A DNA stretch of 64,000 bases, taken from positions 23,520 to 87,519 of the forward strand of contig JAZPYP010000058.1 in NCBI GenBank assembly GCA_045544255.1. Reading direction: 5' to 3'. Source of the DNA: Eubacteriales bacterium. Lineage in GTDB: Bacteria > Bacillota > Clostridia > Oscillospirales > QAKW01. The notes beneath the pieces are model-generated. The model was not told the origin of the DNA, did not search any database, and saw only the letters and a list, made by a program, of their open reading frames with translations. Shown in pieces: positions 9,979-19,285 of the stretch (position 1 is its first letter; every line of letters starts with the position of its first letter). Made by a program: the position numbers and the translations under genes.

Positions 9979-10884
9979 ATGGGCTTTTTTGAAAAATTAA
10001 AGCAGGGCCTTGCCAAAACTTCCAAAAATATTTCTCAGAAAATCGATTCGGTTCTTGCCGCATTCGGTAAGATCGATGAAGAGCTCTTTGAAGAATTGGA
10101 AGAGGCGCTGATTATGGCGGATATCGGGGTGGATACCACTCTTGAGATCATCGATCGCCTTCGCAAGGAAGTGAAGAACGGCCGCCTTACCGATCCCTCT
10201 CAAATCAAGGACCGCTTGGTTGAAATCATTGGATCCATGATGGAAGAAGAGGTGGAACCGATCCGCCTTGAGAGCAGCCCTTCTGTAATTTTGATGATTG
10301 GTGTGAATGGCGTTGGTAAAACAACTACCGCCGCTAAACTTGCTAAAATCTATAAAGATCAAGGAAAACGAGTGATCTTTGGCGCAGCCGATACTTTTCG
10401 CGCCGCCGCAGCCGAGCAGCTCACCACTTGGGCTGAGCGTGTCGGGGTAGATATCATTAAGAGCCGGCAGGGCGCCGATCCTGCGGCAGTCGTTTTCGAT
10501 ACCATTGCTGCCGCAAAGGCAAGGGGCTGCGATCTGATCATTTGCGATACCGCAGGGCGCCTGCATAATAAAGTGAATTTAATGAATGAGCTTTCCAAGA
10601 TCGAAAAAGTGATCGCAACCCAGCTTCCCGAAGCAGATAAAGAAATTTTCTTGGTCTTGGATGCCACCACCGGTCAAAATGCTATGAATCAGGCAAAGGA
10701 ATTTAAAAAGGTTACTCCGCTGACCGGTGTGGTTCTTACCAAATTGGATGGCACTGCAAAAGGCGGTATGGCGATCCCCCTGAAATGCGAAATGGGGCTC
10801 CCCATTCGCTTTGTAGGTGTTGGGGAGCAGATGGATGATCTGCAGCCCTTCGATGGCCATGATTTTGCAAAAGCATTGTTTTGA
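9979..10884 (+). CDS. ftsY: Signal recognition particle receptor FtsY
   Basis: [22 protein letters not shown] and [10 protein letters not shown] motifs. Confidence 0.97.
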   Translation: MGFFEKLKQGLAKTSKNISQKIDSVLAAFGKIDEELFEELEEALIMADIGVDTTLEIIDRLRKEVKNGRLTDPSQIKDRLVEIIGSMMEEEVEPIRLESSPSVILMIGVNGVGKTTTAAKLAKIYKDQGKRVIFGAADTFRAAAAEQLTTWAERVGVDIIKSRQGADPAAVVFDTIAAAKARGCDLIICDTAGRLHNKVNLMNELSKIEKVIATQLPEADKEIFLVLDATTGQNAMNQAKEFKKVTPLTGVVLTKLDGTAKGGMAIPLKCEMGLPIRFVGVGEQMDDLQPFDGHDFAKALF

Positions 10885-10895
10885 GGAGTAGGAGA

Positions 10896-11609
10896 ATGAG
10901 AGCAGACGGAAGAAAGCAAGATCAGATCCGCAAGATCGAGATCATAAAGGATTTTACCATGCATGCAGAGGGGAGTGTCCTCTATTGTCAGGGCAATACC
11001 AAAGTGCTCTGCAATGCAACGGTCGAGGATAGCGTCCCCCCTTATCTGGCGGGAACAGGTAAAGGCTGGGTTACCGCCGAATATGCCATGCTCCCTCGCG
11101 CCACCGGCACTCGAAATAAGCGGGATATCAGCAAATTAAAGCAAGCTCCCCGCAGCACCGAAATTCAGCGCCTTGTGGGCCGCGCGCTTCGGGGCGCGGT
11201 GGATCTTTCAAAGCTTGGTGAGCGCAGTATCATCATTGATTGCGATGTGATTCAGGCCGATGGCGGCACTCGTTGCGCTTCTATCAGCGGCGGCTTTATC
11301 GCCCTCTCCCTTGCCATTAATCGCTTGATGGAGCAAGGGCTTCTTCAGGAAAATCCTATTAAAAAGCAGGTGGCGGCCATCTCTGTTGGTGTTGTTAATG
11401 GGGCGCCTTGCGCCGATCTTTGCTATCAGGAGGATAGCAGAGCCGATACAGATATGAATGTGATCATGTCCTCTCTGGGCGGCTTTATCGAAGTGCAGGG
11501 CACTGCAGAAGGGGAAGAGTTTGATAAAGAGCAGCTTGATACCCTTCTTTCCCTTGCCGCAAAAGGTTGTGAGGCTATTTTCGAGGCCCAAAGAGAGGTG
11601 CTGAAATGA
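10896..11609 (+). CDS. rph: Ribonuclease PH
   Basis: [29 protein letters not shown] and EVQGTAE motifs. Confidence 0.96.
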   Translation: MRADGRKQDQIRKIEIIKDFTMHAEGSVLYCQGNTKVLCNATVEDSVPPYLAGTGKGWVTAEYAMLPRATGTRNKRDISKLKQAPRSTEIQRLVGRALRGAVDLSKLGERSIIIDCDVIQADGGTRCASISGGFIALSLAINRLMEQGLLQENPIKKQVAAISVGVVNGAPCADLCYQEDSRADTDMNVIMSSLGGFIEVQGTAEGEEFDKEQLDTLLSLAAKGCEAIFEAQREVLK

Positions 11610-12202
11610 GCCAAAAGTTTGTGATTGCCACTAATAATCCCCATAAAGTGGTGGAATTTAAGAAAATTTTAGAGCCTCTTGGCATCTCCTGCTTTTCCTT
11701 GAAGGAGATGGGGATCGAATGCGATGCCGAGGAAAATGGTGTTACCTTTGCCGAAAATGCAAAGATCAAGGCGCAGGCGGTCTATGATATCTGCGGTCTG
11801 CCTTCTGTGGCTGATGATAGCGGCATTTGTGTAGATGCCCTTGGCGGAGAACCGGGAGTTTATTCCGCTCGCTATGGCGGCGAAGGCTATGATGATGAAG
11901 GGCGTATGTTTCTTCTTTTAAAGAATATGGAAGGGGAAGAAAACCGTGCCGCTCATTTCACTTCTGCCATCTGCTGCGTTTATGATGATCAAACCATCAT
12001 TGAGGCAGAAGGCTATATCTTCGGTCAACTGACTCATGAGCCAAGGGGCGCCCATGGCTTTGGCTATGATCCGATCTTTCTTCCCGATGGCTATGATCAA
12101 ACCACTGCCGAGATGGAAGGGGAAGAAAAGAATGCCATCAGCCATCGCGGCAATGCCCTTCGGGCTTTTGTAGAAAAACTTAAGGAGAATAAAAAGTGCT
12201 GA
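11606..12202 (+). CDS. rdgB: Non-canonical purine NTP pyrophosphatase (RdgB/HAM1)
   Basis: [28 protein letters not shown] and SHRG motifs. Confidence 0.95.
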   Translation: MSQKFVIATNNPHKVVEFKKILEPLGISCFSLKEMGIECDAEENGVTFAENAKIKAQAVYDICGLPSVADDSGICVDALGGEPGVYSARYGGEGYDDEGRMFLLLKNMEGEENRAAHFTSAICCVYDDQTIIEAEGYIFGQLTHEPRGAHGFGYDPIFLPDGYDQTTAEMEGEEKNAISHRGNALRAFVEKLKENKKC

Positions 12203-12480
12203 ATAGTAAGCAACGCGCCAAATTGCGCGGCCTTGCATCGGTGGAAGATACAATTTTTCAGCTGGGCAAGGAAGGAATAACAGAAAATTTCATTAAAGCA
12301 GTCGATACTGCTCTGGCAGCAAGAGAACTGATCAAATTCAAGGTTCTTGAAAATGCTCTTTTAGATCGCAGGTTGGCTGCCGAAGAGATCGCCAAAGCAA
12401 CCAATAGCGAGGTTGTTACCGTGATCGGTACCAAAATAGTGCTTTATCGGCCTGCAGAAAAGCCGATTATAAAACTATAA
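12196..12480 (+). CDS. yhbY: YhbY/CRM-domain RNA-binding protein
   Basis: [21 protein letters not shown] and IGTKIVLYR; GTG start; usual position before nadD. Confidence 0.85.
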   Translation: MLNSKQRAKLRGLASVEDTIFQLGKEGITENFIKAVDTALAARELIKFKVLENALLDRRLAAEEIAKATNSEVVTVIGTKIVLYRPAEKPIIKL

Positions 12481-12482
12481 AA

Positions 12483-13589
12483 ATGGAAAAACTATTAGTA
12501 TTCGGCGGAACCTTTGATCCGCCCCATAAGGGCCATCAGCACCTTTTAAATGAGGCGATGAAGCAGGCGGAATTTGATAAGGTTTTGCTGATTCCCGCCT
12601 TTATTCCGCCCCATAAATCCCATAATCCCGCCCTATCCTTCGAGGCGCGGCGGGGGATTCTTGCGGATTATTTCAAGGAAATAAAAAATCTTGAGATTTC
12701 CGATATCGAGCAAAGGCGAGGAGGCAGGAGCTATACGGTTGATACCGTTGCGGCCCTTAAAGAAGAATTCCCCCAAGCCGAGATCTATTTTTTGATCGGT
12801 AGCGATATGTTTTTAAGCTTTGAAACATGGCGGGAATATGAGCGGCTTTTAAAAGAGATCTATCTGGTGGTCGGCTCCAGAGAGAGCGGGGATGCAGAGC
12901 GGCTTTTGGCTCATAAAAAGCGTTTAGAAAAAGCCTATGAGTGTAAAGGAATTATCCTTTGCAAGATGGAAGCGGTGGAATGCGCCTCTTCCGCCCTTCG
13001 CGCCCAAGGCGGCGGGCTTGCAGAGCGCGCTCTTGCCCATATTAGTAAGGAATTAAGCCTATCTCGCGCGCGGCATACCATGCAGGTGGCGGAATATGCG
13101 CGTGCTTTAGCCGAAAAATGCGGCGTTGATCCCCAAAAGGCTTGGCTTGCAGGCCTTTTGCATGATTGCACCAAATGCCGCCCCCATGATTGGCAGATCG
13201 AATATTTGAATGCCCATGGCTATTCTCTTTCGGATGCCGATCTTGCTTCTCCTCAAATTTTGCACCAATATAGCGGCGCAATCTTTGCAAAAGAAGAATT
13301 GGGCGCGGAGGATCCTGAAATCTTATCCGCAATCGAATGCCATACAACGGGAAAAGAAGAAATGAGCCCTTTGGATATGCTTCTTTTCTTTGCCGATAGC
13401 TGCGAGCCATCAAGAGATTATCCCGATGTGGAGCTTCTTCGCCAAAAAGGGGAGCAGGATCTGAAAAAAGGCGTCTTGGCCCTCTTGGACCATACCGCCG
13501 CCTATTTAAAATCGAAAAATCTTTCTATGCATCCGCAAAGCGCGCGTGCAAGAATGAGCATATTAAAGGAGTTAGAGAAAAATGGATAA
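12483..13589 (+). CDS. nadD: Fused nicotinate-nucleotide adenylyltransferase (NadD) and YqeK-type HD-domain Ap4A hydrolase
   Basis: N-terminal GGTFDPPHKGH, PPHK, SYTVDT, IGSD; C-terminal RHT..HD..LH..CHTTG..ADSCEP in one uninterrupted frame. Confidence 0.88.
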   Translation: MEKLLVFGGTFDPPHKGHQHLLNEAMKQAEFDKVLLIPAFIPPHKSHNPALSFEARRGILADYFKEIKNLEISDIEQRRGGRSYTVDTVAALKEEFPQAEIYFLIGSDMFLSFETWREYERLLKEIYLVVGSRESGDAERLLAHKKRLEKAYECKGIILCKMEAVECASSALRAQGGGLAERALAHISKELSLSRARHTMQVAEYARALAEKCGVDPQKAWLAGLLHDCTKCRPHDWQIEYLNAHGYSLSDADLASPQILHQYSGAIFAKEELGAEDPEILSAIECHTTGKEEMSPLDMLLFFADSCEPSRDYPDVELLRQKGEQDLKKGVLALLDHTAAYLKSKNLSMHPQSARARMSILKELEKNG

Positions 13590-13959
13590 GGCTGTAAAAA
13601 TCGCAGTCAATGCGCTGGATAGCCGCAAAGGTCTTGATATTGAGATCTTGAAGGTAGAGGAAGTTACCTCTATGGCAGATTATTTTATCATCTGCTCCGG
13701 TACTTCTAATACCCAGATCCGTACCCTTGGAGATGAGGTTGAATTCAAGCTCAAGGAAGAGCTTGGTCTGGAGCCTCTCCATCGGGAAGGGTATCAAAGC
13801 GCAAGCTGGTATTTATTGGACTATGGGTTTATGATCGTTCATGTTTTCCATCAGGAAGCAAGAACCTTTTATAATCTGGGCCGCCTTTGGGCAGATGCCG
13901 AAAGGATCGATCCTGCAACATTGATTAACCAAGAGGGGGAAGAGAAAAATGAAATATGA
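13582..13959 (+). CDS. rsfS: Ribosome silencing factor RsfS
   Basis: [18 protein letters not shown] and FYNLGRLW motifs; context after nadD/yqeK. Confidence 0.92.
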   Translation: MDKAVKIAVNALDSRKGLDIEILKVEEVTSMADYFIICSGTSNTQIRTLGDEVEFKLKEELGLEPLHREGYQSASWYLLDYGFMIVHVFHQEARTFYNLGRLWADAERIDPATLINQEGEEKNEI

Positions 13960-16354
13960 TTATAGTGCCATTGAGAAAAAATGGCAAGCCTATTGGGATG
14001 AGCATGAGAGCTATAAGGTTGAGATCGACCATAATAAAGAAAAGTTCTTTGCCTTGGTAGAGTTCCCTTATCCTTCGGGTCAGGGCCTCCATGTTGGCCA
14101 TCCCAGAAGCTATACTGCGCTGGATATTGTAAGCCGCAAAAAGCGGATGGAAGGGTATAATGTCCTTTATCCCATGGGTTGGGATGCTTTCGGCCTGCCC
14201 ACCGAAAACTTTGCAATTAAAAATAAGATCCATCCCGCTATCGTTACCAAGAATAATATTGCCCGCTTTAAGAGCCAGCTGAAATCCTTGGGGCTTTCCT
14301 TCGATTGGTCCCGCGAGATCAATACCACCGATCCTGAATATTATAAGTGGACTCAATGGATCTTCCTGCAACTCTTCAAGAAGGGCCTTGCATATAAGAA
14401 AGAAATGAATGTTAATTGGTGCACCGGCTGTAAGGTGGTGCTTGCCAATGAAGAGGTGGTCAATGGTGTTTGCGAGCGTTGCGCAAGCCCCGTTGTCCAT
14501 AAGGTCAAGAGCCAATGGATGCTGAAGATCACCGAATATGCCGAAAAGCTGATCAATGGCCTTGATGATGTTGATTTCATCGACCGTGTTAAAACCCAGC
14601 AGCTCAACTGGATCGGCAAATCCACCGGCGCAACCGTTCGCTTCGGTACCACCGTTGGGGAGGAGCTGGAAGTTTATACCACTCGCCCCGATACCCTCTT
14701 CGGCGCTACTTATATGGTTATCGCCCCCGAGCATCCCATGATCGATGCCCATAAGGCCGAGATCAAGAATTATGAGGATGTGATCGCCTATCGGGAGGCT
14801 GCTGCCGCCAAGAGTGATTTCGAGCGTACCGAGCTGGTGAAGGAAAAGACCGGTGTGAAGCTTGATGGCATCTGCGGCATCAATCCCGTAAATGATAAGG
14901 AGATCCCCATCTTCGTATCCGACTATGTATTAATGTCGTATGGTACCGGCGCCATCATGGCCGTTCCCGCCCATGATACCCGCGATTATGAGTTTGCCAA
15001 AGTATTCGACCTGCCCATCGTTCAGGTGGTGGCAGGGGGCGATATCGAGAAGGAAGCCTTCACCGATGTTGCCACCGGCACTATGGTCAATAGCGGCTTC
15101 TTGAATGATCTTTCTGTGGAAGAAGCCAAGAAAGCCATCATCGAGCATCTCGCCAAGAGCGGCAAGGGCGAGCCTAAAACCAATTATAAGCTTCGCGATT
15201 GGGTATTCTCCCGCCAGCGCTATTGGGGTGAGCCGATTCCTATCGTTCATTGCCCCTGCTGCGGCCCTGTGGCTGTGCCTGAAGAGCAGTTGCCTCTCTT
15301 GCTCCCCGATGTAGATAGCTATGAGCCTACCGATAATGGCGAGAGCCCCTTGGCGGCTATGGATAGCTTTGTGAATACCACTTGCCCCAAGTGCGGCGCT
15401 GCTGCTAAGAGAGAAACCGATACCATGCCTCAGTGGGCAGGCTCTTCTTGGTATTTCCTCCGCTATATGGATCCCCATAATACCGAGGCTCTTGCCTCCG
15501 AGGAAGCCCTTTCCTATTGGGGCCCTGTGGATTGGTATAACGGCGGTATGGAGCATACTACCTTGCATCTCCTTTATAGCCGCTTCTGGCATAAGTTCCT
15601 CTATGATATCGGTGTGGTGAAAACTGCCGAGCCCTATGCCAAGCGCACCTCCCATGGTATGATCCTTGGCGAGGGCGGCGAAAAGATGAGCAAATCCCGC
15701 GGCAATGTGGTCAACCCCGACGATATCGTTCGGGATTACGGTGCCGATACCCTGCGCACCTATGAGATGTTTATCGGCGATTTCGAAAAGAGCGCCCCCT
15801 GGAATACCTCCAGTATTAAAGGCTGTAAGCGCTTCTTGGAAAAATCCTTTAATCTCTTAGAGATCCTCTGCGAAGGCGACGAAATTTCTAAAGAGCTGGA
15901 GCGCTCCTTCCATCTTACCATTAAGAAGGTGGGCGACGATATCGATCATCTCAAGATGAATACCGCTCTTGCTTCTTTGATGAGCCTGATCAATGAGATC
16001 ACCGCTAAAGGCTCTATCAATAAGAAGGAACTGGAGATCTTCATTAAGATGCTCTATCCCTTTGCCCCCCATCTTGGGGAGGAAATGTGGCAGCAGGCAG
16101 GCTTTGAGGGGGATATGACCTATGCTCCCTGGCCCGCCTACGATGAGAGCAAGACCAAAGCTTCCGAAGTGGAGATCGCTGTTCAGCTTCTCGGTAAGCT
16201 GAAGAGCCGCATTATGATCCCTGCCGAGGCAAGCGAGGACGAAGTGCTTTCCCTTGTCAAAGCCGATGAAAAGATGATCCCCCTCTTGGATGGCAAAAAT
16301 ATCGTAAAAGTCATCTATGTAAAGGGTAAACTCATCAACTTGATCGTAAAATAA
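13949..16354 (+). CDS. leuS: Leucine--tRNA ligase
   Basis: [13 protein letters not shown] (HIGH), GWDAFGLP, editing domain [23 protein letters not shown]. Confidence 0.98.
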   Translation: MKYDYSAIEKKWQAYWDEHESYKVEIDHNKEKFFALVEFPYPSGQGLHVGHPRSYTALDIVSRKKRMEGYNVLYPMGWDAFGLPTENFAIKNKIHPAIVTKNNIARFKSQLKSLGLSFDWSREINTTDPEYYKWTQWIFLQLFKKGLAYKKEMNVNWCTGCKVVLANEEVVNGVCERCASPVVHKVKSQWMLKITEYAEKLINGLDDVDFIDRVKTQQLNWIGKSTGATVRFGTTVGEELEVYTTRPDTLFGATYMVIAPEHPMIDAHKAEIKNYEDVIAYREAAAAKSDFERTELVKEKTGVKLDGICGINPVNDKEIPIFVSDYVLMSYGTGAIMAVPAHDTRDYEFAKVFDLPIVQVVAGGDIEKEAFTDVATGTMVNSGFLNDLSVEEAKKAIIEHLAKSGKGEPKTNYKLRDWVFSRQRYWGEPIPIVHCPCCGPVAVPEEQLPLLLPDVDSYEPTDNGESPLAAMDSFVNTTCPKCGAAAKRETDTMPQWAGSSWYFLRYMDPHNTEALASEEALSYWGPVDWYNGGMEHTTLHLLYSRFWHKFLYDIGVVKTAEPYAKRTSHGMILGEGGEKMSKSRGNVVNPDDIVRDYGADTLRTYEMFIGDFEKSAPWNTSSIKGCKRFLEKSFNLLEILCEGDEISKELERSFHLTIKKVGDDIDHLKMNTALASLMSLINEITAKGSINKKELEIFIKMLYPFAPHLGEEMWQQAGFEGDMTYAPWPAYDESKTKASEVEIAVQLLGKLKSRIMIPAEASEDEVLSLVKADEKMIPLLDGKNIVKVIYVKGKLINLIVK

Positions 16355-16357
16355 ATT

Positions 16358-16390
16358 AAAAAAGAGTAGTCCATCGGACTGCTCTTTTTT
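16358..16390. terminator. Bidirectional intrinsic terminator after leuS
   Basis: AAAAAAGAGTAGTCC-ATC-GGACTGCTCTTTTTT. Confidence 0.85.
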
Positions 16391-16395
16391 GATAT

Positions 16396-16466
16396 AAAAA
16401 ACAGAGGTTGACCAAATCATCCTACCTCACGCAAAAAGCGCTTCAGAAATACAAGGGTCAACCTCT
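16396..16466 (-). ncRNA. Candidate ~65-70 nt hairpin small RNA (RNA-1)
   Basis: Starts 7 nt after a TATACT -10; perfect 11-bp closing stem AGAGGTTGACC/GGTCAACCTCT, inner stems with G-U pairs on the minus strand, then GTTTTTT. Confidence 0.5.
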
Positions 16467-16473
16467 AATAAAG

Positions 16474-16502
16474 AGTATAGCAAAATGCGTCAATTTTGTC
16501 AA
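16474..16502 (-). promoter_or_regulatory. sigmaA promoter of candidate RNA-1
   Basis: TTGACA-17-TATACT on the minus strand. Confidence 0.75.
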
Positions 16503-16714
16503 TAAAGAAAAAACGATACAACGCAAGTTAATGAGCGGGCGGCAAAATGTCCCGGACGTTGTTAACGTTGTATCGTTTCACATTGCTGAAACGGCGGGCG
16601 GAGCTCCTAGGCGCTCAGGCTTATCGCCAACAGACAATGATTGAAAGAGAAGCTGACGTCATGGGGGCAGAGCAAATTCAAAATGAATCCGGGCCGCCCC
16701 TGCTGTCAACTTCT
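16503..16714 (-). ncRNA. Candidate ~190-210 nt structured RNA (RNA-2), possibly 6S-like
   Basis: Starts 6 nt after a TATACT -10; 5' hairpin AGAAGTTGAC/GTCAGCTTCT, 3' perfect 13-bp stem AAACGATACAACG/CGTTGTATCGTTT plus T-rich tail; alternative 5'-3' long-range pairing. Confidence 0.55.
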
Positions 16715-16720
16715 AATATT

Positions 16721-16749
16721 AGTATATCCAAACTTTTTGAAAATGTCAA
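16721..16749 (-). promoter_or_regulatory. sigmaA promoter of candidate RNA-2
   Basis: TTGACA-17-TATACT on the minus strand. Confidence 0.75.
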
Positions 16750-16784
16750 TCCGAAAGAGCAGGGGATAGGAAAAATTGTTTAAA

Positions 16785-16854
16785 ACCATCAATCTGCGCC
16801 GATAGGCTTGCCCGAAGGCGTATATAGATACGCCGAGTGGCGCAGATTGGTGGT
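16785..16854. other. 70-nt hairpin element of unknown function (candidate RNA-3)
   Basis: ACCATCAATCTGCGCC/GGCGCAGATTGGTGGT 16-bp arms with one imperfect pair; inner GGCGTAT/ATACGCC stem. Confidence 0.4.
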
Positions 16855-16870
16855 AGCAAAGGGCATAAAA

Positions 16871-16899
16871 GAAAAGCGTTGCATTTTGCAACGCTTTTC
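16871..16899 (-). terminator. Probable terminator of the MlrC-like gene
   Basis: GAAAAGCGTTGCA-N3-TGCAACGCTTTTC followed by TTTTAT on the minus strand. Confidence 0.7.
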
Positions 16900-16986
16900 C
16901 ACCTTTTGTTTGAACAAGGATAAGTCTACGGAATATACTTTGTTCGTTTTGACCTTTGCGTTTTAAGCAATTTTAACATCCCCGTT

Positions 16987-18483
16987 TTACCAAAGTTTTG
17001 CTTTTTCGGGAGTATATCCTTCGGGAAGATCAAAGGGATAAAGGCCTTTGCGCAGGTTTTTCCATTCGAATCTCTTTAAGTTGGAAGCTCCTGCACCTGG
17101 AGTATCTGCCATATAAATCAAGGGGCTGATTTCGGCATAAGGCACCTTAAAGGAGGTATTTGCTTTCACAACGACCAGATCATAATGATAAGGCTCCATC
17201 CAGAATGCGCGGAAGAGGGTGGGGCTTCCGGAAAGCGCACCATGGTCGCAGAGCAAAACTTCAATGTTGCCAAAATGAACCACCGCAGAAAGACCGATAT
17301 AGCTGGAAGCATTTTTCATATAGCGGAAATGCCCATCGTGCAACGAGTGAACAACGCCCTCTGCTTTGAATGGACCGGGCATTCCGGGGGTAAAGCCTGC
17401 GCCGATAGAGAATTCTGCTTTGGCGCCAACACCCAGCTCATGAGCCTTCTTAGCGCCCTCGGGATCAACGATAAACATGCAAGTTCTTAATTTACTGCCC
17501 CGCTCCTGCAATCTCAAAGCAACTGCAGGGCTATCGCCAACGCACCCACCATTGGGGGAATCGGCGGAATCAGCCAAAATGACAGGTCTGCCGGTATCGT
17601 TTTTCTCTGCAATATCAATAATCTCATCAATGCTCATTAAATCGGGTTGGACATCATCCCGCAAAGCCAAAAGCCCCTCAGCAAGCTCATCGGCGCAAGC
17701 AAGCGTTATTTCTGCATCCTCGCCAATGGTAATGATGCGGCTTGCAATCTCTTGAATGTCCAACCAAGGCTGGGCGGCAAAGATGGTGAAATCGGTGATC
17801 TTGCCGTCTTTTACCATTTGGTGGGCTTTATCGGTCAGCTCTTTGAAAGGACCATCGATGGTGGTAAAACCGGCAGGGGGAATCAGGATATCCACCGTGG
17901 TGCTGGCAACCTTATATTCCTTGCCCTGCAGAGTTTCCATCATCAGCTTTGCGGCGCGGTAGCCTGCGCTGTAATGATCCACATGAGGGTAAGTATTATA
18001 TCCGCAGATAATATCAACGCTTCTCATGGTGCGATCGGTGATGTTGGCATGAAGATCATAGGAGGAAGCGATCACCGCATCAGGGGCAAGAGCGCGCAGA
18101 TGCTCCACCAAAACGCCGCAGGCATCATCGCAGGTCTCGGTGCAGGTGGCGCCATGGAGATGGCAGCAGATGCCATCCAATTCGCCTGCTTCTGCAACTG
18201 CTTTGGTAAGGGATTCCTTCAAATATTCCAAAACAGCATCATCTACCCGACCACCGGAAGGTGCATGCATATAAACAGAAGGAATCACTTCGCCGCCCAT
18301 CTCCTTAATGGCGGCAACAGAACCGCTAATGCAACCCATGGCGGCAGCCCGCGCATCCAAGCAGGCCTTGCCTTCAAAAACCTTGGCAGGATTGAAAAAT
18401 TCAAAAGAACATACAATAGGATTGAAAGTGTTGGTTTCTTCATGGAATTCCATGACTAAAACACGAGGTTTTTGCTTGCTCAT
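16987..18483 (-). CDS. M81 family metallopeptidase (MlrC-like)
   Basis: HEETNTF, LHGA, DLHAN, YPHVD and DSPNGG motifs; start reset to ATG 18483 after AAGGAG. Confidence 0.85.
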   Translation of the reverse strand: MSKQKPRVLVMEFHEETNTFNPIVCSFEFFNPAKVFEGKACLDARAAAMGCISGSVAAIKEMGGEVIPSVYMHAPSGGRVDDAVLEYLKESLTKAVAEAGELDGICCHLHGATCTETCDDACGVLVEHLRALAPDAVIASSYDLHANITDRTMRSVDIICGYNTYPHVDHYSAGYRAAKLMMETLQGKEYKVASTTVDILIPPAGFTTIDGPFKELTDKAHQMVKDGKITDFTIFAAQPWLDIQEIASRIITIGEDAEITLACADELAEGLLALRDDVQPDLMSIDEIIDIAEKNDTGRPVILADSADSPNGGCVGDSPAVALRLQERGSKLRTCMFIVDPEGAKKAHELGVGAKAEFSIGAGFTPGMPGPFKAEGVVHSLHDGHFRYMKNASSYIGLSAVVHFGNIEVLLCDHGALSGSPTLFRAFWMEPYHYDLVVVKANTSFKVPYAEISPLIYMADTPGAGASNLKRFEWKNLRKGLYPFDLPEGYTPEKAKLW

Positions 18484-18609
18484 GACTCGGATCTCCTTAT
18501 GATATAAAGCATTTTTTGTTTCTATCTTGGATTTTATCATAATGGATAGCGGAATGCAATAAGAATACCGAGTTTTTCTTGTATAAAACATAGAAAATAG
18601 TAAAGAAAA

Positions 18610-19023
18610 TTAAAGAAACCCTTGCATCTTTTCGAGGCTTTGTTCCCCTGCATGCTTCAGATCCTTGGCAAGAGCAAGCACCAGCGGGTCATCTCCCTTA
18701 TAATTTTGAACCATTTTTTTACTTTTGGCGAGATTGCCGTTCTCCTGCTTGATTATTCCGCTCGCAAGATCAGAGGCGGAGCGGCATCCGCCGATGGAAA
18801 GATGGCTATTGATCCGCGCGGTTAACTTTGCGCTTTTGGGTGGAATTCCGCGGGCAATTAAATAATTGGCAGAGGTGCCGTAGATATCCTGATATTTTCG
18901 GTATTGCCTGTGGAGGGCTTGCCGAAGGGCGGGATCATTGGTATTTCGAAGCGCGTTTTCAGCGTGGAGCTTTCCAAGCTCTGCCGATTGATGAATTTGC
19001 TGGAGCAGTTTAATATCTTGCAT
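18610..19023 (-). CDS. Small helical hypothetical protein of a Clostridia-conserved (ferritin-like) type
   Basis: GAGGTG RBS; LLQQIHQSAELG..ALHRQYRKY..LKHAGEQSLEKMQGFL pattern recalled from clostridial hypothetical proteins. Confidence 0.55.
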   Translation of the reverse strand: MQDIKLLQQIHQSAELGKLHAENALRNTNDPALRQALHRQYRKYQDIYGTSANYLIARGIPPKSAKLTARINSHLSIGGCRSASDLASGIIKQENGNLAKSKKMVQNYKGDDPLVLALAKDLKHAGEQSLEKMQGFL

Positions 19024-19125
19024 ATAGATCACCTCATTATGAGTATTTCCTGATTTTCTCTTTTTATTTCAGAAAATGCTTGACATTTGCAGGTGTTTTG
19101 TGCTAATATATTTGAGCAAATTCAT

Positions 19126-19200
19126 GCGGGTGTAGCACATCGGCTAGTGCATCGGCCTTCCAAGCCGAGGAGGTGGGTTCGATTCCCATCACCCGCTCCA
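19126..19200 (+). tRNA. tRNA-Gly (anticodon TCC)
   Basis: GCGGGTG/CACCCGC acceptor stem, TCGGC-CTTCCAA-GCCGA anticodon arm, TTCGATT T-loop, encoded CCA. Confidence 0.97.
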
Positions 19201-19205
19201 TCAAT

Positions 19206-19282
19206 GCGCTTTTAGCTCAGCTGGATAGAGCAACTGCCTTCTAAGCAGTAGGCCGGGGGTTCGAGTCCCTCAAAGCGCGCCA
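19206..19282 (+). tRNA. tRNA-Arg (anticodon TCT)
   Basis: GCGCTTT/AAAGCGC acceptor stem, ACTGC-CTTCTAA-GCAGT anticodon arm, TTCGAGT T-loop, encoded CCA. Confidence 0.97.
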
Positions 19283-19285
19283 AGT

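Noticed and set aside
16620-16662. 13-codon ORF MTSASLSIIVCWR inside RNA-2 as a type I toxin
   Set aside because: No Shine-Dalgarno, too short for a membrane helix, and no antisense promoter overlapping it.
16403-16854. Known RNA families for the leuS-downstream hairpins (tmRNA, SRP, T-box, raiA motif, ydaO, c-di-GMP, Y RNA)
   Set aside because: Hallmarks are absent by eye: no tRNA-like ends, no CCGGAAGGAAGCAG, no T-box UGGNACCGCG, no ydaO GGGGNUAAUC, no Ro60 gene. Needs cmscan to be final.
16408-16891. Short ORFs 16408-16644 (+), 16547-16783 (+) and 16706-16891 (-)
   Set aside because: No RBS, non-ATG or weak starts, no recognisable composition; the region is better explained by promoters and RNA structure.
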